Source: Alphaproteobacteria bacterium
GTDB taxonomy: Bacteria > Pseudomonadota > Alphaproteobacteria > DSM-16000 > Inquilinaceae
Reading direction: 5' to 3'
NCBI GenBank assembly: GCA_009909005.1
Contig: JAAAOG010000087.1
Span: 1-24,000 of the forward strand
DNA: 24,000 bases
Shown here: piece by piece, positions 8,571-15,952 of the stretch
Position numbering within the stretch: the stretch's first letter is position 1
Layout: every line of letters begins with the position of its first letter
Program-made: the position numbers and the translations under genes
The notes under the pieces: generated by a model
The model's input: only the letters and a program-made list of their open reading frames with translations
Databases searched by the model: none
Told to the model about the DNA's origin: nothing

Positions 8571-8633
8571 AGCAGCGTGCGCGATTGTTGCCGGGCATCT
8601 GTGGGAGACGCCAATGCGAAAGGCATATGCGAT

Positions 8634-9410
8634 ATGAACCGTCGCCGACGGATTTATGAGGGCAAGGCCAAGATCCTGTTCGAAGGGCCGGAGCCCGGAA
8701 CCCTCGTCCAGTACTTCAAGGATGATGCAACGGCGTTCAACAATCAGAAGAAGGGCGTGATTTCCGGCAAGGGCGTCCTCAACAATCGCATTTCCGAGTA
8801 TTTGATGACCCGGCTGGCGGAAATGGGTATTCCTACCCATTTCATTCGCCGGGTGAACATGCGCGAGCAGCTGATCTACGAGGCCGAGATCATTCCGATC
8901 GAGGTCGTGGTGCGCAACATTGCTGCCGGGTCGTTTTCCCGCCGCTTCGGCATTGCCGAGGGCACGCCGCTGCCGCGCTCGATTGTCGAGTATTATTACA
9001 AATCCGATGAGCTCGGCGATCCGATGATTACCGAGGAGCACATCACCGCCTTCGGCTGGGCGACGCCGCAGGACCTGGACGACATGATGTCGCTGGCGCT
9101 GCGGGTGAACGACTATCTGTCCGGCCTGTTCCTCGGCATCGGCCTCCGGCTGGTCGACTTCAAGCTGGAATTCGGCCGGCTCTACAACGAACACGGCGAT
9201 ATGCGGATCATCCTGGCCGACGAGATCAGCCCGGACAGCGCCCGCCTGTGGGATGTCGAAACCAGCGAAAAATTCGACAAGGACCGGTTCCGCCAGGATC
9301 TGGGCAATGTCGAGAACGCCTATCGGGAGGTGGCGCGGCGGCTGGGCGTGTTGCAGGAGAACGAACCGGCCAACCTGCGCAACACCGGTGCCGTGGCGAC
9401 GCCGGCCTGA
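8634..9410 (+). CDS. purC: Phosphoribosylaminoimidazole-succinocarboxamide (SAICAR) synthase
   Basis: [41 protein letters not shown]...[14 protein letters not shown]...[14 protein letters not shown] is the typical alphaproteobacterial-type PurC. The start is the internal ATG at 8634, since the track start at 8364 overlaps the preceding gene. Confidence 0.93.
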   Translation: MNRRRRIYEGKAKILFEGPEPGTLVQYFKDDATAFNNQKKGVISGKGVLNNRISEYLMTRLAEMGIPTHFIRRVNMREQLIYEAEIIPIEVVVRNIAAGSFSRRFGIAEGTPLPRSIVEYYYKSDELGDPMITEEHITAFGWATPQDLDDMMSLALRVNDYLSGLFLGIGLRLVDFKLEFGRLYNEHGDMRIILADEISPDSARLWDVETSEKFDKDRFRQDLGNVENAYREVARRLGVLQENEPANLRNTGAVATPA

Positions 9411-9454
9411 TGCGTCCGATGCAGAAGGACACCCGTGATGCGGAGCCATGCGGC

Positions 9455-9712
9455 ATGAAGGTCCGGGTCGAGATCATGCTGAAGAGCGGCGTGCTCGATC
9501 CCCAGGGCAAGGCGATCGGCCATGCGCTGTCGGGTCTGGGCTTTGCCGGTATCGGCGATGTGCGCCAGGGCAAGCTGATCGAGCTCGACCTGGCCGAAGA
9601 CGATCCCGAGGCCGCCCGGAGCGCCGTCGAGGAGATGTGCCGGCGGCTGCTCGCCAATCCGGTAATCGAACGCTATACGGTGCGGCTGGACGGCGATCCC
9701 GTCCCGTCCTGA
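9455..9712 (+). CDS. purS: Phosphoribosylformylglycinamidine synthase subunit PurS
   Basis: The 85-aa protein MKVRVEIMLKSGVLDPQGKAIGHALSGLGFAGIGDVRQGKLIELDL is the PurS signature, and it sits immediately after purC. Confidence 0.88.
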   Translation: MKVRVEIMLKSGVLDPQGKAIGHALSGLGFAGIGDVRQGKLIELDLAEDDPEAARSAVEEMCRRLLANPVIERYTVRLDGDPVPS

Positions 9713-9735
9713 CCGCCCGCTGGAGCCGTAGGGCC

Positions 9736-10026
9736 ATGACCAGTGTCGCCGACACCATGCGGCAGAAGCTTGCCGCCGCGCTCGAGCCGGCCGAACTCGA
9801 CATAGTCGACGAAAGCCACCGTCATGTCGGCCATGCCGGACATGACGGCCGGGGCGAGAGCCACTTCAAGCTGCGCATCGTGTCCGCCCAATTCGCCGGG
9901 CAGTCCCGCGTCGAGCGTCAGCGCTGCGTGTACCGGATCCTGGCCGCCGAGCTGGCCGACCGCGTCCATGCGCTCGGCCTCGTCACCCTGACCCCGGACG
10001 AGGCCGCACGGCGGGCCGGCGCCTGA
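9736..10026 (+). CDS. bolA: BolA family protein
   Basis: The 96-aa protein MTSVADTMRQKLAAALEPAELDIVDESHRHVGHAG...HFKLRIVSAQFAGQSRVERQRCVYRIL has the BolA pattern (D.S..H.GH....HF...vvS..F.G...v.R.R.vy..L). Confidence 0.85.
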   Translation: MTSVADTMRQKLAAALEPAELDIVDESHRHVGHAGHDGRGESHFKLRIVSAQFAGQSRVERQRCVYRILAAELADRVHALGLVTLTPDEAARRAGA

Positions 10027-10166
10027 GGCAAGCCGTCCGCGCACCCGTCGCCGGCTCCGTGCGGCACATGCCGCGGCGGCACACGAAAACTCCCGGAACA
10101 AGTCAGTCTGCCACGGGTTGACGCCCTAGGTAAACCCAATGGCAATGTGCTTCAGGGAGAAACGAC

Positions 10167-10490
10167 ATGTTCAACGCACGCACCCTTCTTTCCGCGACCG
10201 CCGCTGCGGCCCTGCTGATGGGCGCCCATGCCGGATTTGCGGCGGAGGAAGAACTTCCGACCGAAGGCCCCGTCACCTCTCCGGGCGTCAACGAACCCGG
10301 CCTGAACGAGCCGGCCGCCGAAGAGGCGGGCATGGAGGAAGGCATGGGCTACGAGGAAGACATGGTCCCGGAAGGCGTGACTGATGTCGAGGAGCAGCGG
10401 AGCGAGGCCCTTGACGAGACGCCGGCCCCGGGGATCAACGAGCCCGGCCTCAACGAACCGGCTGAGCAAGAGGCCGAGGACGTCCGATAA
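10167..10490 (+). CDS. Small, highly acidic secreted protein with a duplicated PG(V/I)NEPGLNEPA motif; function unknown
   Basis: GGGAGA lies 6-7 nt upstream of the ATG. The predicted Sec signal peptide is MFNARTLLSATAAAALLMGAHAGFA|AEEE. The mature part is dominated by E, D, P and G. A 12-aa motif occurs twice, at aa 39-50 and aa 88-99. A terminator-like hairpin follows the gene. Confidence 0.7.
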   Translation: MFNARTLLSATAAAALLMGAHAGFAAEEELPTEGPVTSPGVNEPGLNEPAAEEAGMEEGMGYEEDMVPEGVTDVEEQRSEALDETPAPGINEPGLNEPAEQEAEDVR

Positions 10491-10550
10491 GGCTTCGGTC
10501 CAGCAGAGGCGGCGGCTTTCCACGCCGCCGTCCCGAGCAGAGAGAGAAAC

Positions 10551-10582
10551 GGGCGGTCCCTCGGGATCGCCCATTTTCTATT
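10551..10582 (+). terminator. Rho-independent terminator candidate downstream of the acidic-protein gene
   Basis: GGGCGGTCCCTCGGGATCGCCC (10551-10572) folds as a GGGCG/CGCCC stem plus an inner TCCC/GGGA stem. The T-rich run ATTTTCTATT follows. Confidence 0.55.
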
Positions 10583-10898
10583 GCGGGCGTGCGAATCAGT
10601 CTGCGCCCGCCAAGCCGAATCGCTGTCGAAAGGCGGTATCGACAGAGGCCGGCGGCCGTTGGTGTGTGTCCGAGAAGATCCTTTCGTATAAACCTCCGAT
10701 CAGGCAAAGCACACAATCGTGTGCAATTGCAACGCGCATTGCCTTGAGTGCCACGGTGTGCACACACCATGGCATGCGAGCTCGGCTAGCATAACCCAAA
10801 GATGATATATTCAGGGGTTGAGCCCGGCGGATATTCCGCTAGAGTGGTTGCCATCAATCGGCATAAGGACGGCACGCAAAAATATCTGCCATTGGTTG

Positions 10899-11264
10899 AT
10901 GGTTATGACACGCACCCGCCAGAACAGCACTTTGGTCAGCCATAACGTTACCATTGGCGGCCGAAGAACAAGTATTCGCCTCGAAGAATACATGTGGGAG
11001 GCGCTGAAGGAAATCTGCGCCCGAGAAAATATCAACATTCATGAATTTTGCAGCCGGGTCGACGAACACCGCAAAGAATCGGCGCTGACGGCCGCGATCC
11101 GTGTAGCGATTACAGCTTATTACAGAGAGGGGATGAAACAACTCTCGCGAGGAATTGAGGCGGGCGGCCAGACCCGGGAAGACCGCAGCCCGGTGCGCGG
11201 CCGGGACGATGAGGATCCGCCGCGCGGCTCCGAAGCTGGCACCGCCCCGCAAGGCTTAGGGTAG
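10899..11264 (+). CDS. Ribbon-helix-helix domain protein (RHH_4/COG4321-like) with a disordered acidic/basic C-terminal tail
   Basis: The core LVSHNVTIGGRRTSIRLEEYMWEALKEICARENINIHEFCSRVDEHRKESALTAAIRVAITAYY matches the remembered RHH_4 pattern (R.v.i.G.rTS..LE..fW.aL.eIa........l...id......nLssAiRvf.l.yy). The start is uncertain: ATG 10899 or 10905, with the track start at 10818, and I see no clear RBS. Codon usage is atypical for this window (AGA, AGT, TTA, ATT, AAT). My hand count of 10801-11100 gives about 52% GC. Confidence 0.65.
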   Translation: MVMTRTRQNSTLVSHNVTIGGRRTSIRLEEYMWEALKEICARENINIHEFCSRVDEHRKESALTAAIRVAITAYYREGMKQLSRGIEAGGQTREDRSPVRGRDDEDPPRGSEAGTAPQGLG

Positions 11265-11325
11265 AAGAACCGGGAAAGCGGTGGCGCCGCGGCCCCCGGG
11301 CCCGTCTCCGGGCCGGACCCCTGCC

Positions 11326-12330
11326 TCACACCCAGGTGGCCTTGGCGACGCGCAGGAAGTTGCCACCGAGGACGGCACGGATATCGGGCTCGCTGTAGCC
11401 GCGCTCGATCAGACCGGCCGTGACGGCCGGCAGCACCTCCGGCGGGGCGAAATGCATGGCGGAGAAATCATAGCCATTGCCCGGCGGCCACCAGTAGCTT
11501 TCGTCCACCGGGGCGCCGGCCACCGCTTCCGCGCTGTCGGACTCGTAGGAATAGTCCAGCCCCAACCCGACATGCGCGACGCCGACCCGCTGGGCAATAT
11601 AGTCGATATGCCGGACCATGGCCTCGGATCCCGCGCCGGGTTCGCCCAGGAACAAATCGACGCCGTTGATGCCGATCACCCCGCCGCTCGCGGCGCAGGC
11701 GTCGATCTGGGCATCGCTCAGATTGCGCGGATGGTCCGTCAGAGCCCGGACATTCGCATGCGAAAAGACCACGGGCCTGGTCGAAGCGGCCATGATGTCG
11801 AGGCTGGTCCGCTCGCCGGCATGCGAACAGTCGACCGTGATGCCGGTTTCGTTCAGCTTCGCCACGAGAGATCGGCCGTACGCGGACAGGCCGGGATCGT
11901 CGTCATGGCAGCCGCCGCCGACCTCGTTCGTGCGGTTGTATATCAGGTGCATCTGACGGACGCCGTAATTGTAGAAGAAATCAAGCATACCGAACTGGCC
12001 GCCGAGCGGCACGGCGCCTTCAAGATCGAAGGCGACCGCCAGCTTGCCGGCTTCCTTGGCCCGGCTGATGCTGTCCGGGGTTCCCGCCAGGGCGAACCGC
12101 TCCGAGTCATTGCCGAGCCAGACCCGGTAATAGGCCAGGACGGTCATGATGTCGCCGAGCGGGGTCATGTCCATGCCGATATTGATCGACACGAAGTCCG
12201 TCGCAGCCCGCTTATGGCGGCTCAGCACCCCGACATCCGTCCCGTATCGGAGCGGCAGGCAGCTATGGGCGTCCCAGACCAGGGAATCCCGGTGCAGGAT
12301 CGCGGCGGCCTCGGCTGTGCTCTCCGGCAT
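11326..12330 (-). CDS. Membrane dipeptidase (peptidase family M19, renal-dipeptidase-like)
   Basis: MPESTAEAAAILHRDSLVWDAHSCLP...GVRQMHLIYNRTNEVGGGCHDD...VDCSHAGERT...VVFSHANVRAL.DHPRNLSD...GGVIGINGV is the M19 pattern. The ATG at 12330 is preceded by GGAGGGAGGAG. The track ORF extends to 13134, but that extension is antisense to thrC. Confidence 0.85.
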   Translation of the reverse strand: MPESTAEAAAILHRDSLVWDAHSCLPLRYGTDVGVLSRHKRAATDFVSINIGMDMTPLGDIMTVLAYYRVWLGNDSERFALAGTPDSISRAKEAGKLAVAFDLEGAVPLGGQFGMLDFFYNYGVRQMHLIYNRTNEVGGGCHDDDPGLSAYGRSLVAKLNETGITVDCSHAGERTSLDIMAASTRPVVFSHANVRALTDHPRNLSDAQIDACAASGGVIGINGVDLFLGEPGAGSEAMVRHIDYIAQRVGVAHVGLGLDYSYESDSAEAVAGAPVDESYWWPPGNGYDFSAMHFAPPEVLPAVTAGLIERGYSEPDIRAVLGGNFLRVAKATWV

Positions 12331-12454
12331 GACAGGCTCCTCCCTCCTGTGCTCAACAACGTTTTTCGCGCGGTGGGGCGCCGTCTTGGCGGGCGCCTCC
12401 CGATATCCCCCTTGATCAAGGGCTGTCCGGCCCGGACCAGCCTGGCGTCGTGCT

Positions 12455-12524
12455 GCGCCGCCGGTCTCTTGCGCGGCCGGTCTCTTGCGCCGCCGGTCTC
12501 TTGGGCCGCCGGTCTCTTGCGCCG
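12455..12524. repeat. Tandem direct repeat of four 16-nt units (CCGGTCTCTTGCGCCG consensus) in the dipeptidase/thrC intergenic region
   Basis: The units are 12461-12476 CCGGTCTCTTGCGCGG, 12477-12492 CCGGTCTCTTGCGCCG, 12493-12508 CCGGTCTCTTGGGCCG and 12509-12524 CCGGTCTCTTGCGCCG. A partial GCGCCG precedes them at 12455-12460. The 16-nt period is not a multiple of 3. Confidence 0.9.
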
Positions 12525-12576
12525 CTCGGGGCGGCAGCCTAGTGTACCCATCTCCCCGCAACCGGACCCGACCACC

Positions 12577-13989
12577 TTGCGCTATATAAGCACCCGCGGC
12601 CAAGCCCCCATCCTCGCTTTTGACGACGTTCTTCTGGCCGGTCTGGCTGAGGACGGTGGACTCTATGTCCCGGAACGCTGGCCCCGGCTTTCCTCCGAGG
12701 AGCTGCGCGCCCTGCGCGGCCGGCCCTATCCCGAAATCGCGGCCCGGATCCTCGACCTCTTCGCCGACGGCACGATTGCGCCCGCCGTGCTCGCCCGCCT
12801 CACTGCGGACGCCTATGCCGGCTTCGGCCATAGCGGAACGGCGCCGCTGGTGCAACTCGACCCGCGCTTCTGGCTGATGGAGCTGTTTCACGGGCCGACG
12901 CTGGCTTTCAAGGACTATGCGCTGCAATTGGTGGGGCGGCTGTTCGACCATGTCCTGGCCGCACGCGGGTCGCGGATCACGGTGGTCGGCGCCACCTCCG
13001 GCGATACCGGCTCGGCCGCGATCGAGGCTGTGCGCGACCGCGAGGCGATCGATATCTTCATCCTCTTCCCGCGCGGCCGCGTCTCCGACGTGCAGCGCCG
13101 GCAGATGACCACCGTCTCCGCAAGCAATGTCCACACCATCGCCATCGACGGGACGTTCGACGACTGCCAGGACCTGGTCAAGGCGATGTTCGGCGACCGG
13201 CCGTTCCGGGAGGCGCTCAACTTATCCGCGGTCAATTCGATCAACTTCGCCCGGATCGCCGGCCAGGTCGTCTATTACGTGACCGCGGCCCTGGCCCTGG
13301 GCGCACCCGAACGGGCCGTGTCCTTCAGCGTACCGACCGGCAATTTCGGCAATATCTATGCCGCCTATGCCGCGCGGCAGATGGGGCTGCCAATTGAAAG
13401 GCTGATCGTCGGGGCGAACAGCAACGATATCCTGCACCGGTTCTTCGCCACCGGGGAGATGGCGGTGCAACCCGTCGTGCCGACCGTCAGCCCGGCGATG
13501 GACATCCAGATTTCCAGCAATTTCGAGCGCTTCCTGTTCGACCTGCTCGACCGCGACCCTGCGGCGCTGGCCGGAACCATGCAGGCCTTCCGCCGCGACG
13601 GCCGCTTTGCCGTGCCCGAGGCTCTCGCGGCCCGGGCCGGGGGCGCCTTCCTCTCGGGACGGGTCGACGAGGAAGAGACGCTGGCCACCATCGCCCGGAC
13701 CTGGCGGGAAACCGGCCAGCTGCTCGACCCGCATACGGCGGTCGGCCTGGCCGCCGGACGGCGCGCCGCACCGGCCGCGCCGGAGCCGCCGGTGATCTCG
13801 CTCGCCTGTGCCCACCCGGCCAAGTTCGGCGATGCGGTGCGGCGGGCCGTCGGCTTCGACCCGCCGATCCCCGAGCGGCTGGCGGCGGTCTTTCGCGATC
13901 CGGAGCGGGTCGCGGAATTGCCCGCCGATCTCGCGACTGTCGAGGATTACATCCGCCGCCGGGCGCGGATCGCCGGAGGGCATGCATGA
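12577..13989 (+). CDS. thrC: Threonine synthase
   Basis: (M)RYISTRGQAPILAFDDVLLAGLAEDGGLYVPE...HGPTLAFKDYALQ...ATSGDTGSAA are canonical ThrC motifs, including the PLP lysine context. I place the N-terminus by homology at TTG 12577. The frame stays open far upstream (track start 11281), but that part is antisense to the dipeptidase gene or is repeat DNA. Confidence 0.9.
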   Translation: MRYISTRGQAPILAFDDVLLAGLAEDGGLYVPERWPRLSSEELRALRGRPYPEIAARILDLFADGTIAPAVLARLTADAYAGFGHSGTAPLVQLDPRFWLMELFHGPTLAFKDYALQLVGRLFDHVLAARGSRITVVGATSGDTGSAAIEAVRDREAIDIFILFPRGRVSDVQRRQMTTVSASNVHTIAIDGTFDDCQDLVKAMFGDRPFREALNLSAVNSINFARIAGQVVYYVTAALALGAPERAVSFSVPTGNFGNIYAAYAARQMGLPIERLIVGANSNDILHRFFATGEMAVQPVVPTVSPAMDIQISSNFERFLFDLLDRDPAALAGTMQAFRRDGRFAVPEALAARAGGAFLSGRVDEEETLATIARTWRETGQLLDPHTAVGLAAGRRAAPAAPEPPVISLACAHPAKFGDAVRRAVGFDPPIPERLAAVFRDPERVAELPADLATVEDYIRRRARIAGGHA

Positions 13990-15242
13990 ACCCCGCGATG
14001 ACCCGGCTCGACAGCGGTCTTCGGGTGGTGACAGACCGGGTCGATGCGGTCGAAAGCGCCAGTGTCGGGGTCTGGATCGGGGCGGGCAGCCGCTTCGAAA
14101 ACGCCGAGATCAACGGCGTCGCCCATCTGCTCGAACATATGGCCTTCAAGGGCACCGAGCGGCGCTCGGCCCAGGCGATCGCCGAGGAAATGGACGCGGT
14201 CGGCGGCCATCTGAACGCCTTCACCGCCCGGGAAACCACCGCCTTCTATGCCAAGGTGCTGAAGGAGGACGTCCCGCTCGCGGTCGACCTCTTGGCCGAC
14301 ATCCTGCTCAACGCGCGCCTCGACGAGGACGAGCTGGCGCGCGAGCGGTCGGTGGTGCTGCAGGAAATCGGCCAGGTGCTCGACACGCCTGACGACATCA
14401 TTTTCGACCACTTCCAGAGCACCGCCTTTCCCGACCAGCCGCTCGGCTGGCCGGTTCTGGGCACGGCCGAGATCGTCGGGCGGCTCTCCCGCCGCGACTT
14501 GGCCGGCTATATGGCGCGGCATTACGGCGCCAACAGCATGGTGCTGGTGGCGGCGGGGAATGTCGAGCATGAGGCCGTGGTGGCGCTGGCCGAGCGGGGC
14601 TTTGCCGGGCTCGGCGCCGGGGCGGAAAGCGTGCCTCCCGCCGGGCTGTACCGCGGCGGCGACTACCGGGAGGCGCGGGCGCTGGAGCAGCTCAACCTGA
14701 TGCTCGGGTTTCCCGGCGTCGGCGTGCATGACCCGGATCATTACGCCCAGTCGGTTCTGGCGATGGCGCTTGGCGGCGGCATGTCGTCCCGCCTGTTCCA
14801 GGAGATCCGGGAGCGCCGCGGGCTCGTCTATGCCATCAACGCCTTCGCCAGCCCCTTCACCGATGGCGGGCTGATCGCAGTCTATGCCGCCACCGGCGAG
14901 GCGGAGACGGCCGAACTCGTTTCCGTCCTTTGCGACGAGGTGCAGCGCCTTGGCGAGGACCTGCGCGACGAGGAAGTGGACCGCGCCCGCGCGCAGCTGA
15001 AAGCCAGCCTGCTGATGGGTCTGGAGTCGACCTCCACGCGGTGCGATCATATCGGGCATCATGTCCTGCTCTACGGACGCCCGACTCCGCCGGAAACGAT
15101 CATCCGCCGTCTCGACACCGTCGATGCGGCGGCCGTGCGCGGGCTGGCCGGCCGCCTCTTCCGGGAGCGCCCCACCCTTGCCGCCATCGGACCGATCGGA
15201 CAGCTGCCGGACTTCGAGACGGTCGCTGCGCGCTTTCGCTGA
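13986..15242 (+). CDS. M16 family zinc metallopeptidase (pitrilysin / mitochondrial-processing-peptidase-like)
   Basis: The inverted zinc motif HLLEH sits in GVAHLLEHMAFKGT, with the downstream glutamate region ERSVVLQEI. The protein is 418 aa. Its ATG overlaps the thrC stop codon (ATGA at 13986-13989). Confidence 0.88.
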   Translation: MNPAMTRLDSGLRVVTDRVDAVESASVGVWIGAGSRFENAEINGVAHLLEHMAFKGTERRSAQAIAEEMDAVGGHLNAFTARETTAFYAKVLKEDVPLAVDLLADILLNARLDEDELARERSVVLQEIGQVLDTPDDIIFDHFQSTAFPDQPLGWPVLGTAEIVGRLSRRDLAGYMARHYGANSMVLVAAGNVEHEAVVALAERGFAGLGAGAESVPPAGLYRGGDYREARALEQLNLMLGFPGVGVHDPDHYAQSVLAMALGGGMSSRLFQEIRERRGLVYAINAFASPFTDGGLIAVYAATGEAETAELVSVLCDEVQRLGEDLRDEEVDRARAQLKASLLMGLESTSTRCDHIGHHVLLYGRPTPPETIIRRLDTVDAAAVRGLAGRLFRERPTLAAIGPIGQLPDFETVAARFR

Positions 15243-15263
15243 GGCGGCCCGGGCCGGGGCCGG

Positions 15264-15884
15264 ATGGTGTCGACGCCCGTGATCAGCGGTCTCAGAACTG
15301 GTCTTGTCGGCTTCCCATCGGTCCGGCTCGAGGGCCGGCGGCTCTATCTGCGTCCGCCGCGGCCGCAGGACTGGGCGGCTTGGGCCGATCTGCGCGCGGA
15401 GAGCCGGTCCTTTCTCACACCCTGGGAGCCGAGCTGGCCGGCCGATGCCCTGTCCCGGCGCTCCTTCATGCAGCGCCTGCGCAGCCAGGTCGGTGACTGG
15501 CGCGAGGACCGGGGTTACACCATGCTGATCTTCGCGAATGACGATACGCTGCTGGGCGGCATCAGCCTGACGCATGTCCGGCGCGGCGTCGCGCAGACCG
15601 GATCGCTCGGTTATTGGATCGGCGCGCCCTTTGCCCGGCGGGGTTACATGAAAGATGCGGTCTGCACGATCCTGGAGTTCGCCTTCGGCGCGGCCGGGCT
15701 GCACCGGGTTGAGGCGGCCTGTCTGCCGTCCAACGAGGCGAGCCGCCGGCTCCTGGAATCCGTGGGCTTCCGGCAAGAGGGTTTTGCCAGGGCCTATCTG
15801 CGCATTGCCGGCGCCTGGCGCGACCATCTGCTGTTTGCCATGCTGACGGATGAGTTCGTGGGCAAACGGGCAAATCAAGCATAG
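15264..15884 (+). CDS. GNAT family N-acetyltransferase (RimJ/RimL-like)
   Basis: RLYLRPPRPQDW...GGISLTHVRRGVAQTGSLGYWIGAPFARRGYMKDAV...FGAAGLHRVEAACLPSNEASRRLLESVGFRQEGFARAYLRIAGAWRDHLLFAML shows the acetyl-CoA binding motif R-R-G-Y in the RimJ/L-type arrangement. Confidence 0.82.
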   Translation: MVSTPVISGLRTGLVGFPSVRLEGRRLYLRPPRPQDWAAWADLRAESRSFLTPWEPSWPADALSRRSFMQRLRSQVGDWREDRGYTMLIFANDDTLLGGISLTHVRRGVAQTGSLGYWIGAPFARRGYMKDAVCTILEFAFGAAGLHRVEAACLPSNEASRRLLESVGFRQEGFARAYLRIAGAWRDHLLFAMLTDEFVGKRANQA

Positions 15885-15952
15885 CGCGCCGCCGGGCTTT
15901 TGGGATATGACTGCCGATCATCGCTCTTTGCCGGCGTGGAGGACGGCGCTCC

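Noticed and set aside
8546-8633. Possible purine or ZTP-type riboswitch upstream of purC
   Set aside because: The leader is only 88 nt and lacks the conserved ZTP/pfl elements I remember (for example CCGCCTGGGC). No convincing multi-stem structure is evident.
10138-10153. Sigma-54-like element TGGCAATGTGCTTCAG just upstream of the acidic-protein gene
   Set aside because: The -12 element reads TTCA rather than TTGC, so the GC dinucleotide is missing at GG-N10-GC spacing. The element is only about 14 nt from the ATG, leaving no room for a transcription start plus the RBS.
10748-10753. Exact TGGCAC (-24-like hexamer) on the minus strand in the RHH upstream region
   Set aside because: No TTGC or GC element lies at the required spacing downstream (the sequence reads TGGCACTCAAGGCAAT). 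It is not a sigma-54 promoter by the consensus.
10596-10799. 67-aa minus-strand ORF with three Cys, divergent from the RHH gene
   Set aside because: It has no RBS before either candidate start (TTG 10799 or ATG 10775). Third-position GC is only about 60% by hand count. It is built from the palindromic and hairpin DNA itself. The evidence for a gene is insufficient, though ribosome profiling could revisit this.
12455-12524. Possible CRISPR array
   Set aside because: The 16-nt units are directly abutting with no spacers. This is a simple tandem repeat, and the window has no cas genes.
11281-12576. N-terminal 432 codons of the 902-aa + ORF that ends as thrC
   Set aside because: This part is antisense to the M19 dipeptidase gene and then runs through the 16-nt tandem repeat. 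Homology to ThrC begins only at (M)RYISTRG (TTG 12577).
12331-13134. Upstream extension of the 602-aa minus-strand ORF that ends as the dipeptidase
   Set aside because: It is antisense to thrC. Dipeptidase homology and a strong RBS (GGAGGGAGGAG) define the start at 12330.
13947-15878. 643-aa minus-strand ORF
   Set aside because: It is antisense to the M16 peptidase and GNAT genes, both of which have clear catalytic motifs. Its product has no recognisable motifs and a skewed R/G/P/A composition.
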